DNA from: an uncultured Collinsella sp.
Lineage (GTDB): Bacteria > Actinomycetota > Coriobacteriia > Coriobacteriales > Coriobacteriaceae
Assembly (NCBI GenBank): GCA_900549905.1
Contig: URQD01000001.1
Location: 3,486-67,485 of the forward strand
Reading direction: 5' to 3'
Length of the DNA: 64,000 nt
The notes below the pieces were generated by a model, which was given only the letters and a program-made list of their open reading frames with translations, searched no databases and was not told the origin of the DNA. The position numbers were made by a program, and so were the translations under genes. Of this stretch, positions 39,793 through 48,006 are shown in pieces (positions within the stretch are counted from its first letter, which is position 1; each line of letters starts with the position of its first letter).

Positions 39793-41889
39793 ATGGCAGA
39801 CGCTAAGGATTTCCTGTTTGAGATCGGTACGGAGGAAATGCCCTCCGCACCGCTGAACAATGCCGTCAAGCAGCTTGGCACCATGATCGCCAAGGGTCTC
39901 GACGAGGCCGGTCTGGCCCACGGCGAGGTCCGCGTGATCTCGAGTCCGCGTCGTTTGGCTGCACTCGTGGCCGACGTCGCCACCGCGACCGATGAGGTTC
40001 ACGAGGTCAAGCGTGGCCCCGCGGCCAACATTGCCTTCGACGCGGACGGTAACACCACCAAGGCCGCCCAGGGCTTCGCCCGTAAGTTCGGTGTGGCTGC
40101 CGAGGATCTGGTCCGTCGCGAGGACACCGACGGTCGTGAGTACGTCTTTGCCGAGAAGAACATTCCTTCCGCTCCGGCTACTCCGATCCTGACGGCCCTG
40201 TGCGAGAAGACCATCGCCGGCCTGCAGTGGCCCAACTACCGCTCCCAGCGCTGGGGCCACGAGCACGCGACGTTCGTGCGTCCGGTCCGCTGGATCTGCT
40301 GCCTTTTGGGCGAGGACGTCGTGCCCGTCACCTTTGCTGACGTGACGAGCGGCAACACCACGCGCGGTCATCGCGTCTTGGGCGCCGGCGACCATGTTGT
40401 CGCCAGCCCCGCCGTCTACGAGCAGGTGCTCGAGGACGCCGGCGTGCTTTCTGCCGAGCGTCGTCGTGAGGCCATCCTTGCCGGCATCGCCGAGGTCGAG
40501 GCTGTTCGCCCCGGCTGCCATGTTGATACGCCCAAGAAGGTCTTTGAGGAGGTCATCAACCTCTGCGAGTGGCCGACGGTGCTCGTCGGTACCTTCGACG
40601 AGGAGTTCCTCAAGGTCCCGCACGAGATTATCTGCGAGTCCATGCTCACCAACCAGCGCTACTTCCCGATCTATGACGGCGAGGGCAAGCTCACGCGTGA
40701 GTTCGTGGTCGTTTCCAACAGCAAGCCCGAGAACGCCGAGCGTGTGATCGACGGCAACGAGCGCGTCGTGCGCGCCCGCCTGGACGACGCCAAGTTCTTC
40801 TACGAGGAGGACCTGAAGATCTCCCTCGACGAGTTCCGCGAGCGTCTGGCCAAGGTCGCCTTCCAGGAGAAGCTCGGCAGCGTGCTCGCCAAGTCCGAGC
40901 GTGTTGAGCAGCTCGCGCTCGCCATCGCCCGCGAGGCCCATCTGGGCGCCCACCTGGCCGCCGACGCCGCTCGCGCCGCTCACCTGTGCAAGGCCGACCT
41001 GGTGTCCAACGCCGTCGTCGAGTTCACGAGCCAACAGGGCGTGATGGGTGGTTACTACGCGACCGCGATGGGGGAGAACGACGAAGTCGCCCACGCCATT
41101 CGCGACCACTATCGTCCCCGCTTTGCCGGCGACGAGCTGCCCGAGGGTACCGCCGGCTGCATCGTGGCCTGCGCCGACAAGCTCGATACCATCGCCGGTA
41201 TCTTTGCCATCGGCGAGCCCCCGACCGGCTCTTCCGACCCGTACGCGCTGCGTCGTGCCGCTATCGGCATCATCAACATCCTGCGCGACCGTCTGCCGAT
41301 CGACCCCACGTCGCTGATTGACTTTGCCCTTGAGCTCTATAGCGAGCAGGGCATTGAGTTCGACGCCGCCGAGGTCGCCCAGCAGGTCCGCGACTTCTTC
41401 CACGGCCGCCTGGTGAGCATGGCCCGCGACGAGAAGATTCCGGCCGATACCGTCGCCGCCGTCTCTGCGGTGCATATCATCGCCCCGTCCGTCTTCTTTG
41501 CCCGCTGCGCTGCCCTCGACGAGGCCCGCAAGAATGACGCTGAGACGTTCGACAACCTGGCTACCGCCTATGCCCGTGCCGCGCATATCTCGAAGCCCGA
41601 GCTGGGTGCGGAGTACGACCGCGCCCTGATGGGCGAGGCCGAACTCGCGCTCGCCGACGCCTCCGAGGCTGCTCAGACCGCTGTCGATGCCGCCCTTGCT
41701 GCCGAGGACTACCCGGCCGCATTTGCTGCCCTCGCCGCCCTGCGTGCCCCCATCGACCGCTTCTTCGACGAGGTCATGGTCATGGACAAGGACGAGCAGC
41801 TTCGCGATAATCGCCTTAAGCTGCTCAACCGCTTCGAGGCCGTTTTCTCCGGCATCGCCAACATCGGTGAGCTTGCCCGCAAAAAGTAA
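39793..41889 (+). CDS. glyS: Glycine-tRNA ligase beta subunit
   Basis: FEIGTEEMP, PRRLA, FVRPVRW, RARLDDAKFF, SDPYALRR, NRLKLL motifs. Confidence 0.97.
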   Translation: MADAKDFLFEIGTEEMPSAPLNNAVKQLGTMIAKGLDEAGLAHGEVRVISSPRRLAALVADVATATDEVHEVKRGPAANIAFDADGNTTKAAQGFARKFGVAAEDLVRREDTDGREYVFAEKNIPSAPATPILTALCEKTIAGLQWPNYRSQRWGHEHATFVRPVRWICCLLGEDVVPVTFADVTSGNTTRGHRVLGAGDHVVASPAVYEQVLEDAGVLSAERRREAILAGIAEVEAVRPGCHVDTPKKVFEEVINLCEWPTVLVGTFDEEFLKVPHEIICESMLTNQRYFPIYDGEGKLTREFVVVSNSKPENAERVIDGNERVVRARLDDAKFFYEEDLKISLDEFRERLAKVAFQEKLGSVLAKSERVEQLALAIAREAHLGAHLAADAARAAHLCKADLVSNAVVEFTSQQGVMGGYYATAMGENDEVAHAIRDHYRPRFAGDELPEGTAGCIVACADKLDTIAGIFAIGEPPTGSSDPYALRRAAIGIINILRDRLPIDPTSLIDFALELYSEQGIEFDAAEVAQQVRDFFHGRLVSMARDEKIPADTVAAVSAVHIIAPSVFFARCAALDEARKNDAETFDNLATAYARAAHISKPELGAEYDRALMGEAELALADASEAAQTAVDAALAAEDYPAAFAALAALRAPIDRFFDEVMVMDKDEQLRDNRLKLLNRFEAVFSGIANIGELARKK

Positions 41890-41896
41890 GCCAGCC

Positions 41897-41910
41897 TGCG
41901 CATAAGCGCA
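41897..41910 (+). promoter_or_regulatory. TGCGC-ATAA-GCGCA palindrome abutting the ppsR RBS (copy 1)
   Basis: 13 of 14 nt identical to the element before the ppdK RBS at 43117-43130. Confidence 0.5.
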
Positions 41911-41923
41911 AAAGGAGCCCCGC

Positions 41924-42799
41924 ATGGATTGCCCGGTCACCGCTCGTCCCACCGTTATCGTTATCTCCGATTCGCTCGGCGATACCGCTTGTGAGGTGGT
42001 GCTTGCGGCGTCCGGGCAATTTGATGAAGGGGCTTTTCGTCTCTTGCGCCTGCCCAAGGTGACCTCGGTGGAGCAGGTCAAGTCATTTGTGGGGCCGCGC
42101 GTCGATGCCGACCATCGCGATGTCGCCGTGTTCCATACCATTGTCGATCCGGCGCTTCGCGCCCGCGTGCTCGATTACCTGGGTATGCTGCATATCCGTT
42201 CGGTCGACCTGATCGGCCCGACGCTTGCCGTGCTGTCGTCGCTCATCGGTGTGCCGCCCAAGTGCGTTGCGGGCGTGATTCACAAGACCGATGACCGCTA
42301 TTTCCATCGTATCGAGGCCATGGAGTATTTCGTTGAGCACGATGACGGTCGTGGTTGCGACGATCTGTCGGGTGCCGATATCGTGCTGCTGGGTGTGTCG
42401 CGTACATCCAAGACGCCGCTGTCGATGTATTTAGCCTATCAGGGCTACAAGGTCGCCAATGTCCCACTGGCGCATGGCATGGAGCCGCCCAAGTCGATTT
42501 ACGAGGTTGACCCGATGCGCCTGTTCGGCTTGATTTCGACCGTCGATGTGATTTCCGAGATTCGCGATAGCCGCTTGGGCGACGACTACGCCCGCGCCGT
42601 CGCAGGCTCCTATGCCGAGCCCGAGAGCGTGCGTAGTGAGCTTGCGGAAGCCCGCGCGCTCATGAAACGCCTGGGCTGCTTTGTAGTGCGTACCGACGGC
42701 AAAGCCATCGAGGAAAGCGCTGCCGAGATCATTGCTCACCTCGAAGAGATTCAAGAGGCAAGAGCACGCCGTGCCGCCCGCCGCGCTCAACAGCAGTAG
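41924..42799 (+). CDS. ppsR: PPDK regulatory kinase/pyrophosphorylase (DUF299, PDRP/PpsR)
   Basis: ISDSLGDTA, YFHRIEAMEYFVEHDDG, GVSRTSKTPLSMYLA, AIEESA motifs. Confidence 0.93.
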   Translation: MDCPVTARPTVIVISDSLGDTACEVVLAASGQFDEGAFRLLRLPKVTSVEQVKSFVGPRVDADHRDVAVFHTIVDPALRARVLDYLGMLHIRSVDLIGPTLAVLSSLIGVPPKCVAGVIHKTDDRYFHRIEAMEYFVEHDDGRGCDDLSGADIVLLGVSRTSKTPLSMYLAYQGYKVANVPLAHGMEPPKSIYEVDPMRLFGLISTVDVISEIRDSRLGDDYARAVAGSYAEPESVRSELAEARALMKRLGCFVVRTDGKAIEESAAEIIAHLEEIQEARARRAARRAQQQ

Positions 42800-42809
42800 T
42801 CCTTTCTGT

Positions 42810-42888
42810 GATGATTTTTCTGGGACGGGGATTAAAAAATCATTAGGTACTCAATGATTTTTTTAATCCCCGTCCCAGAAAAATCATC
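42810..42888. repeat. 79-bp near-perfect palindrome made of two inverted REP-like hairpin units
   Basis: GATGATTTTTCTGGGACGGGGATTAAAAAATCATT, an 8-nt spacer, then the reverse complement with one extra T. Confidence 0.85.
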
Positions 42889-43116
42889 GGAGTGGCTAAA
42901 TAGCCTGAATTGATAAAGCGATTTAGCAAATACATCGCATCTGACCTGCATTCTTCTTGTAGTGGTATCTTCATAAGGTAACCAACTTTACCTACCGTTT
43001 ACCGCCTGTTTTAGCACGTTTACCAAACCGCGCACCCTCTGCTCAAGCCTGCCCAAAACCCGCCGTATAGTTCCCTCACGGCCTGCATCCGGCGGGTCGA
43101 TTCGTTACCACGGTCG

Positions 43117-43130
43117 TGCGCGTAAGCGCA
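43117..43130 (+). promoter_or_regulatory. TGCGC-GTAA-GCGCA palindrome just before the ppdK RBS (copy 2)
   Basis: Near-identical to 41897-41910, at the same position relative to the RBS. Confidence 0.5.
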
Positions 43131-43146
43131 TGGAAGGGGAAGTATC

Positions 43147-45897
43147 GTGAGCGATTGCAAGAGGGTTTACCGTTTTGGAACCGACGCCCAGGGCACCTGT
43201 GTCACCGAGGGCGACAAGTCCATGAACTTCGTGCTTGGTGGCAAGGGCGCTAACCTTGCCGAGATGAGCCGTATCGGCCTGCCGGTTCCCGGTGGCTTTA
43301 CCATTACCTGCCAGACTTGCGTTGAGTACTCCGGCGCCGGCAACGTGTGGCCGGAGGGCGCGCTCGACGAGATCGTTGCCGCCGAGGTCGACCTCGAGGC
43401 CCGCTGCGGCAAGAAGCTCGGCGATGCTTCCGATCCGCTGCTCGTGTCGGTCCGCTCGGGCGCTCCGTTCTCCATGCCCGGCATGATGGACACGGTTCTC
43501 AACCTGGGCCTCAACGACGATTCCGTCCAGGGCCTTATCGCCCAGACGCAAAACCCGCGCTTTGCCTGGGATAGCTACCGCCGCTTTATCCAGATGTTCT
43601 CCAACGTCGTCATGGGTGTCGATGCCGACTTGTTCGAGAATGCCCTGACCCAGGCCCGCCTGGTCGCCGGCGTTCGCGTCGATTCCGAGCTTTCGGCCGA
43701 GGACCTGCAGGAACTCGTCGAGACCTTCAAGGGCATCTTCTCCGAGAACGTCGAGGCTGCCCTGTATCCCGAGCTCGAGGTCGCTGACGGCAAGCCCGTC
43801 TTCCCGCACGACCCGGAGCTTCAGCTGCGCCTTGCCATCCAGGCCGTCTTTGGCAGCTGGATGAACGAGCGCGCCTGCATCTACCGCAAGCAGCATGGCA
43901 TTTCCGATGAGCTCGGCACCGCCGTCAACGTCCAGGCTATGGCCTTTGGCAATAAGGGCGAGACCTCGGCGACCGGCGTCGCCTTTACGCGCAACCCGGC
44001 CGACGGAACCAAGGAGTTCTACGGTGACTTTCTGGTCAACGCCCAGGGCGAGGACGTCGTCGCCGGCATCCGCAACACCGAGCCCATCGCCGACCTCAAG
44101 ACCACCCCAGGCCTCGAGTCCGCAGGTGAGGAGCTTGAGCGTGTCTTCCTGACGCTTGAGGACCACTATCGCGATATGTGCGATATCGAGTTCACCATCG
44201 AGCAGGGTAAGCTCTGGATGCTCCAGACCCGCGTGGGCAAGCGCACCGCCACCGCCGCCCTGCGCATCGCCATCGAGATGGTCGAGGAGGGCCTCATCAC
44301 CCGCGAGGAGGCCGTGAGCCGCATCGACCCTGCACAGCTCGACCAGCTCCTGCACCCGCAGTTCGACGCCTCCAAGAAGTACGAGGCGCTCGCTACCGGT
44401 CTTAACGCCAGCCCCGGTGCCGCCGTGGGCGAGGTCGTGTTCTCGAGTGATGACGCCGTCGCGCGCGCCAACGAGGGCCACAAGGTCATTCTGGTTCGCT
44501 GGGAGACCAACCCCGACGACCTGAAGGGCATGGTCGCTGCCGAGGGTATCTTGACGAGCCATGGTGGCAAGACGAGCCACGCCGCCGTTATCGCCCGCGG
44601 CATGGGTACGCCCTGCGTCTGCGGTGTCGAAAGCTTCCATATCGACGCCGCCGAGAAGGTCGTGCACATCGAGGGCAGTGACCGCCTGCTGCATGAGGGC
44701 GACATCATCTCCATCGACGGCACCCAGGGCATCGTCGTCGACGGCGCGGTCGACTTGGTCTCTGCAGAGCTCACCGGCGACTTGGACACCATCCTGTCCT
44801 GGGCCGACGAGATCCGTCTGGACGAGACCTGCGGCCACGCCAACCACGTGCGCGTCAACGCCGACAACCCCGAGGATGCTGCACTCGCGCTCGAGTTTGG
44901 CGCCGAAGCCATCGGCCTGTGCCGCACCGAGCATATGTTCCTGGGCGATCGCAAGAACATCATCCAGAGCTTTATCCTGTCTGACGATGAGGCCGTGAAG
45001 CAGCAGGCCCTGGCCGACCTGCTCAAGGTTCAGACCGAGGACTTCCTGGCGATGTTCAAGACCATGTCCGGTCGCGATGTGGTCGTCCGCCTGCTCGATC
45101 CGCCGCTTCATGAGTTCCTGGATAATCCTCGCGAGCTCGAGGTCGCCATCACTAAGAAGGAGGCCGCCGGCGCTCCCGAGGAGGAGCTCACTGCCCTGCG
45201 CGCCCGCCTGCGTCGCATTGACGGCATGGTCGAGTCCAACCCCATGCTGGGCTTGCGCGGCGTGCGCCTGTCCGTCGTCTTTAGCGATCTGCCTCTCATG
45301 CAGGTTCGCGCCGTCGCCACGGCTGCTGCCCGCCTTATCAAGGAGGGCGTCGACCCGCGCCCCGAGATCATGGTTCCGCTCGTCTCCATCACGGCCGAGC
45401 ATGTTCAGACCCGCGAGGTCATTGAGCGCGTAATCGCCGAGGTTTCCGCCGAGGAGGGCGTCGAGCTCAACATTCCCGTGGGCACGATGCTCGAGCTGCC
45501 GCGCGCCTGCATGGTCGCCGACGAGATCGCCCATCACGCAGATTTCTTCTGCTTTGGCACCAACGACCTCACCCAGACGACCTTTGGCTTCTCGCGCGAC
45601 GACGCCGAGGCCAAGTTCATCCCGCTGTACCTGCACAAGAAGATCCTGAAGGACAACCCCTTCGAGACCATCGATACGGCGGTGCTGGAGCTCGTGCGCA
45701 TGGCCGTCGAAAAGGGTCGCGCCACCAACCCTGGCATGCACTTTGGCGTGTGCGGCGAGCACGGCGGCGACCCCAAGTCCATCAAGGGCCTGTTTAACGT
45801 GGCCGATGTGGACTATGTGTCCTGCTCGCCCTACCGCGTGCCCCTCGCGCGCCTAGCTGCCGCTCAGGCCAAGCCCGAGGCCAAGCGCAACGCCTAG
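43147..45897 (+). CDS. ppdK: Pyruvate, phosphate dikinase
   Basis: LGGKGANLAEM, SVRSGAPFSMPGMMDT, GGKTSHAAVIARG (phospho-His), GLCRTEHMF, FGTNDLTQ, CGEHGG motifs. Confidence 0.98.
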   Translation: MSDCKRVYRFGTDAQGTCVTEGDKSMNFVLGGKGANLAEMSRIGLPVPGGFTITCQTCVEYSGAGNVWPEGALDEIVAAEVDLEARCGKKLGDASDPLLVSVRSGAPFSMPGMMDTVLNLGLNDDSVQGLIAQTQNPRFAWDSYRRFIQMFSNVVMGVDADLFENALTQARLVAGVRVDSELSAEDLQELVETFKGIFSENVEAALYPELEVADGKPVFPHDPELQLRLAIQAVFGSWMNERACIYRKQHGISDELGTAVNVQAMAFGNKGETSATGVAFTRNPADGTKEFYGDFLVNAQGEDVVAGIRNTEPIADLKTTPGLESAGEELERVFLTLEDHYRDMCDIEFTIEQGKLWMLQTRVGKRTATAALRIAIEMVEEGLITREEAVSRIDPAQLDQLLHPQFDASKKYEALATGLNASPGAAVGEVVFSSDDAVARANEGHKVILVRWETNPDDLKGMVAAEGILTSHGGKTSHAAVIARGMGTPCVCGVESFHIDAAEKVVHIEGSDRLLHEGDIISIDGTQGIVVDGAVDLVSAELTGDLDTILSWADEIRLDETCGHANHVRVNADNPEDAALALEFGAEAIGLCRTEHMFLGDRKNIIQSFILSDDEAVKQQALADLLKVQTEDFLAMFKTMSGRDVVVRLLDPPLHEFLDNPRELEVAITKKEAAGAPEEELTALRARLRRIDGMVESNPMLGLRGVRLSVVFSDLPLMQVRAVATAAARLIKEGVDPRPEIMVPLVSITAEHVQTREVIERVIAEVSAEEGVELNIPVGTMLELPRACMVADEIAHHADFFCFGTNDLTQTTFGFSRDDAEAKFIPLYLHKKILKDNPFETIDTAVLELVRMAVEKGRATNPGMHFGVCGEHGGDPKSIKGLFNVADVDYVSCSPYRVPLARLAAAQAKPEAKRNA

Positions 45898-45936
45898 CCC
45901 CCCTGCGCATCGACGCCTAGCGTAGCCCCCTTCATG

Positions 45937-45968
45937 CCGCCCGTCTCATTCGTGAGACGGGCGGTTAT
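45937..45968 (+). terminator. Hairpin after ppdK
   Basis: CCGCCCGTCTCA-TTCG-TGAGACGGGCGG, a perfect 12-bp stem. Confidence 0.7.
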
Positions 45969-46010
45969 CATGTGCGGGTTTTGTCTTTTTGTCTGCGTGA
46001 AAAAATGTTC

Positions 46011-46083
46011 TTGCAGCAGAAACCCGCGCGTGTATACTCGAATACGTTTGTTCAACTACGTGCCGGCCAAGGTGGTACGGCAC
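46011..46083 (+). promoter_or_regulatory. rplS promoter and short leader hairpin
   Basis: TTGCAG-16nt-TATACT, then a GTGCCG...CGGCAC hairpin (46060-46083). Confidence 0.5.
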
Positions 46084-46107
46084 CTCTAGAAGAGTAAGGA
46101 ATTGCAC

Positions 46108-46449
46108 ATGGATTACATCCGCGCAATCGAGCGTCAGCAGATCCGCGAGGACATTCCTCAGGTTCGCGTCGCCGACAACGTCAAGGTTCACTACCGCATT
46201 AAGGAAGGCGACCGCGAGCGCATTCAGGTCTTCCAGGGCGACGTCATCCGCATGGCCGGCGCCGGTGTCCGCGAGACCTTCACCGTCCGCAAGATGTCCT
46301 TCGGTGTCGGTGTTGAGCGTACCTTCCCGCTTCACAGCCCCAAGATCGCCAAGCTCGAGGTCGTTCGTCATGGTCGCGTCCGTCGCGCCAAGCTGTACTA
46401 CCTCCGCGACAAGGTGGGCAAGGCTGCTCGCATCCCCGAGAAGCGCTAA
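46108..46449 (+). CDS. rplS: 50S ribosomal protein L19
   Basis: [37 protein letters not shown] motifs. Confidence 0.98.
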   Translation: MDYIRAIERQQIREDIPQVRVADNVKVHYRIKEGDRERIQVFQGDVIRMAGAGVRETFTVRKMSFGVGVERTFPLHSPKIAKLEVVRHGRVRRAKLYYLRDKVGKAARIPEKR

Positions 46450-46483
46450 GAAGATCGCAGCGTCTGTCCACTCGTTTGGACGC

Positions 46484-46513
46484 AAGGGTCACCTTCGGGT
46501 GGCCCTTCTTTTT
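46484..46513 (+). terminator. Intrinsic terminator after rplS
   Basis: AAGGGTCACC-TTCG-GGTGGCCCTT followed by CTTTTT. Confidence 0.85.
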
Positions 46514-46542
46514 ATCTGATTTGCATGCAAGGAGGGCCTGGT

Positions 46543-47331
46543 ATGGCCAACATGACGAGCTCGGTTTCGGCATCGCAGGTTGCCGGTGAGTTGGCGAGCG
46601 CTACGTTTGAGGAGATTCCTGCCCTCGTGGAGCATTATCGCGAGGATCCGCGCCAGCAGGTGATCAAGGCTTGCGAGCGTGCCCTCAAACGCCATGCCAA
46701 AGAGCTTGCCGAGCGCGAGCGCGTCAACGGCATGTATCAGCTTATGCATGAGCTCGGCGGTGATGGTGTGGTCGTGGGCGTCGACGAGGTGGGCCGTGGC
46801 TCGGTAGCGGGTCCCTTGACCGTGTGTGCCGTGTGTCTTCCGATGGAGCCGCGCATCTGGGGCATCAACGATTCCAAAAAGCTCACGCCCGCGCGCCGCG
46901 AGCTGCTCTCGGTGAAGATAGCCGAGGTGGCGACTGCCATCGGCTTTTGCCATATCGCTCCTGCGGATATCGATGAGATGGGCATGGCCCGTGCTATCCG
47001 TACTGCCGTTGCGGGCGCCGTGGCCGATACGGGACTTGAACCCGACTGCGTCCTCATGGATGGCAACCCCTTGGGCGCCGTTCCTAACGAGCGCGATGTG
47101 GTGAAGGGTGATGCCAAAATCGCCTGCATCGCCGCGGCGTCCATCATGGCCAAGGTCACGCGTGACGAGATGATGGTCGAGTACGACGCCGAGTATCCCG
47201 AGTACCATCTGGCCGAGTCGAAGGGCTATGCAAGCCCCGAGCATATCGAGGCCATTCGCAAACATGGACTTTGTCCACTGCACCGCGTGAGCTTTTGCGG
47301 AAACTTTCTGCAGACTGAGCGCCTTTTCTAG
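46543..47331 (+). CDS. rnhB: Ribonuclease HII with N-terminal extension
   Basis: GVDEVGRG, INDSKKL, KGDAK, IAAASIMAKVTRD, KGY, HRVSF motifs. Confidence 0.96.
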   Translation: MANMTSSVSASQVAGELASATFEEIPALVEHYREDPRQQVIKACERALKRHAKELAERERVNGMYQLMHELGGDGVVVGVDEVGRGSVAGPLTVCAVCLPMEPRIWGINDSKKLTPARRELLSVKIAEVATAIGFCHIAPADIDEMGMARAIRTAVAGAVADTGLEPDCVLMDGNPLGAVPNERDVVKGDAKIACIAAASIMAKVTRDEMMVEYDAEYPEYHLAESKGYASPEHIEAIRKHGLCPLHRVSFCGNFLQTERLF

Positions 47332-47379
47332 GTCAATTGTGGAGACAGGGACCTCAGGGGTTTTATAAACCTGCTGGTA

Positions 47380-47422
47380 GCGGGCCGTATGCAACACCAT
47401 TGCTGCGTACGGCCCGTTTTTT
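47380..47422 (+). terminator. Intrinsic terminator after rnhB
   Basis: CGGGCCGTATGCA...TGCGTACGGCCCG followed by TTTTTT. Confidence 0.8.
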
Positions 47423-47520
47423 GACGGCATTTGGTCAGCTTTTGGTTTGCTTCCGGTACTTACCCGCATGAAAGGTGCTCTCATCATCGGGGCAATGCAG
47501 CGTGCGGGAAAGGAGACCCC

Positions 47521-48006
47521 ATGAGTGCCGCAAGCAAAAAGAGCAAGACGCAGCAGCTCAAGGAGCGTTGGGAAAACGGCGAGCTCGACTGCGGGGCGAT
47601 GACGCCCGAGTTTATCAAGGGACTCAGTCCCCGCGAGCTGGGCATGCTGGGCGAGCTGATCACCATCGACTACTTTAACGAGCGCGGCTACACCTTGCTG
47701 GAGCAGGGTTATCGTTGCACCGAGGGCGAGGCCGATCTGGTGCTGCTCGATGAGCTCGACGATGTCGTGGTGATGGCCGAGGTCAAGACCAGACGCGTCG
47801 CACTGGATTGCAACACGCGGGTCTTTCCTGAGGAGGCCGTGGACGCCCAAAAGCAACGCCGCTACCGCCGCATCGCAAGTTGCTATCTCATGGAGCATTA
47901 ACCGCTCAAGGCGATTCGCTTCGATGCCGTGGGTGTCACCATTCGCGGCGGGCATATCGCCGAGATCGAGCATCAGTACAACGCATTCGATTGGCAGGTG
48001 TCGTGA
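47521..48006 (+). pseudogene. yraN: YraN-family (UPF0102) nuclease interrupted by an in-frame TAA at 47899-47901
   Basis: LG..GE, GEADLV, AEVKTR, EAVDAQKQRR lie before the stop. The frame continues PLKAIRFDAVGV...NAFDWQVS to a TGA that overlaps the comM ATG. Confidence 0.85.

Noticed and set aside
38887..42141. 1084-aa antisense ORF over glyQS-ppsR
   Set aside because: Shadow ORF from GC-biased codon usage of the sense genes; no recognisable motifs.
43105..45762. 885-aa antisense ORF over ppdK (also 12670-14685, 31526-33400, 52860-54362, 57484-59055 and similar)
   Set aside because: Same antisense-frame artefact opposite well-conserved genes.
46068..46083. AAGGTGGTACGGC resembles a T-box motif upstream of rplS
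   Set aside because: Leader is only ~60 nt, with no Stem I/specifier and no terminator; the motif is part of a simple hairpin.
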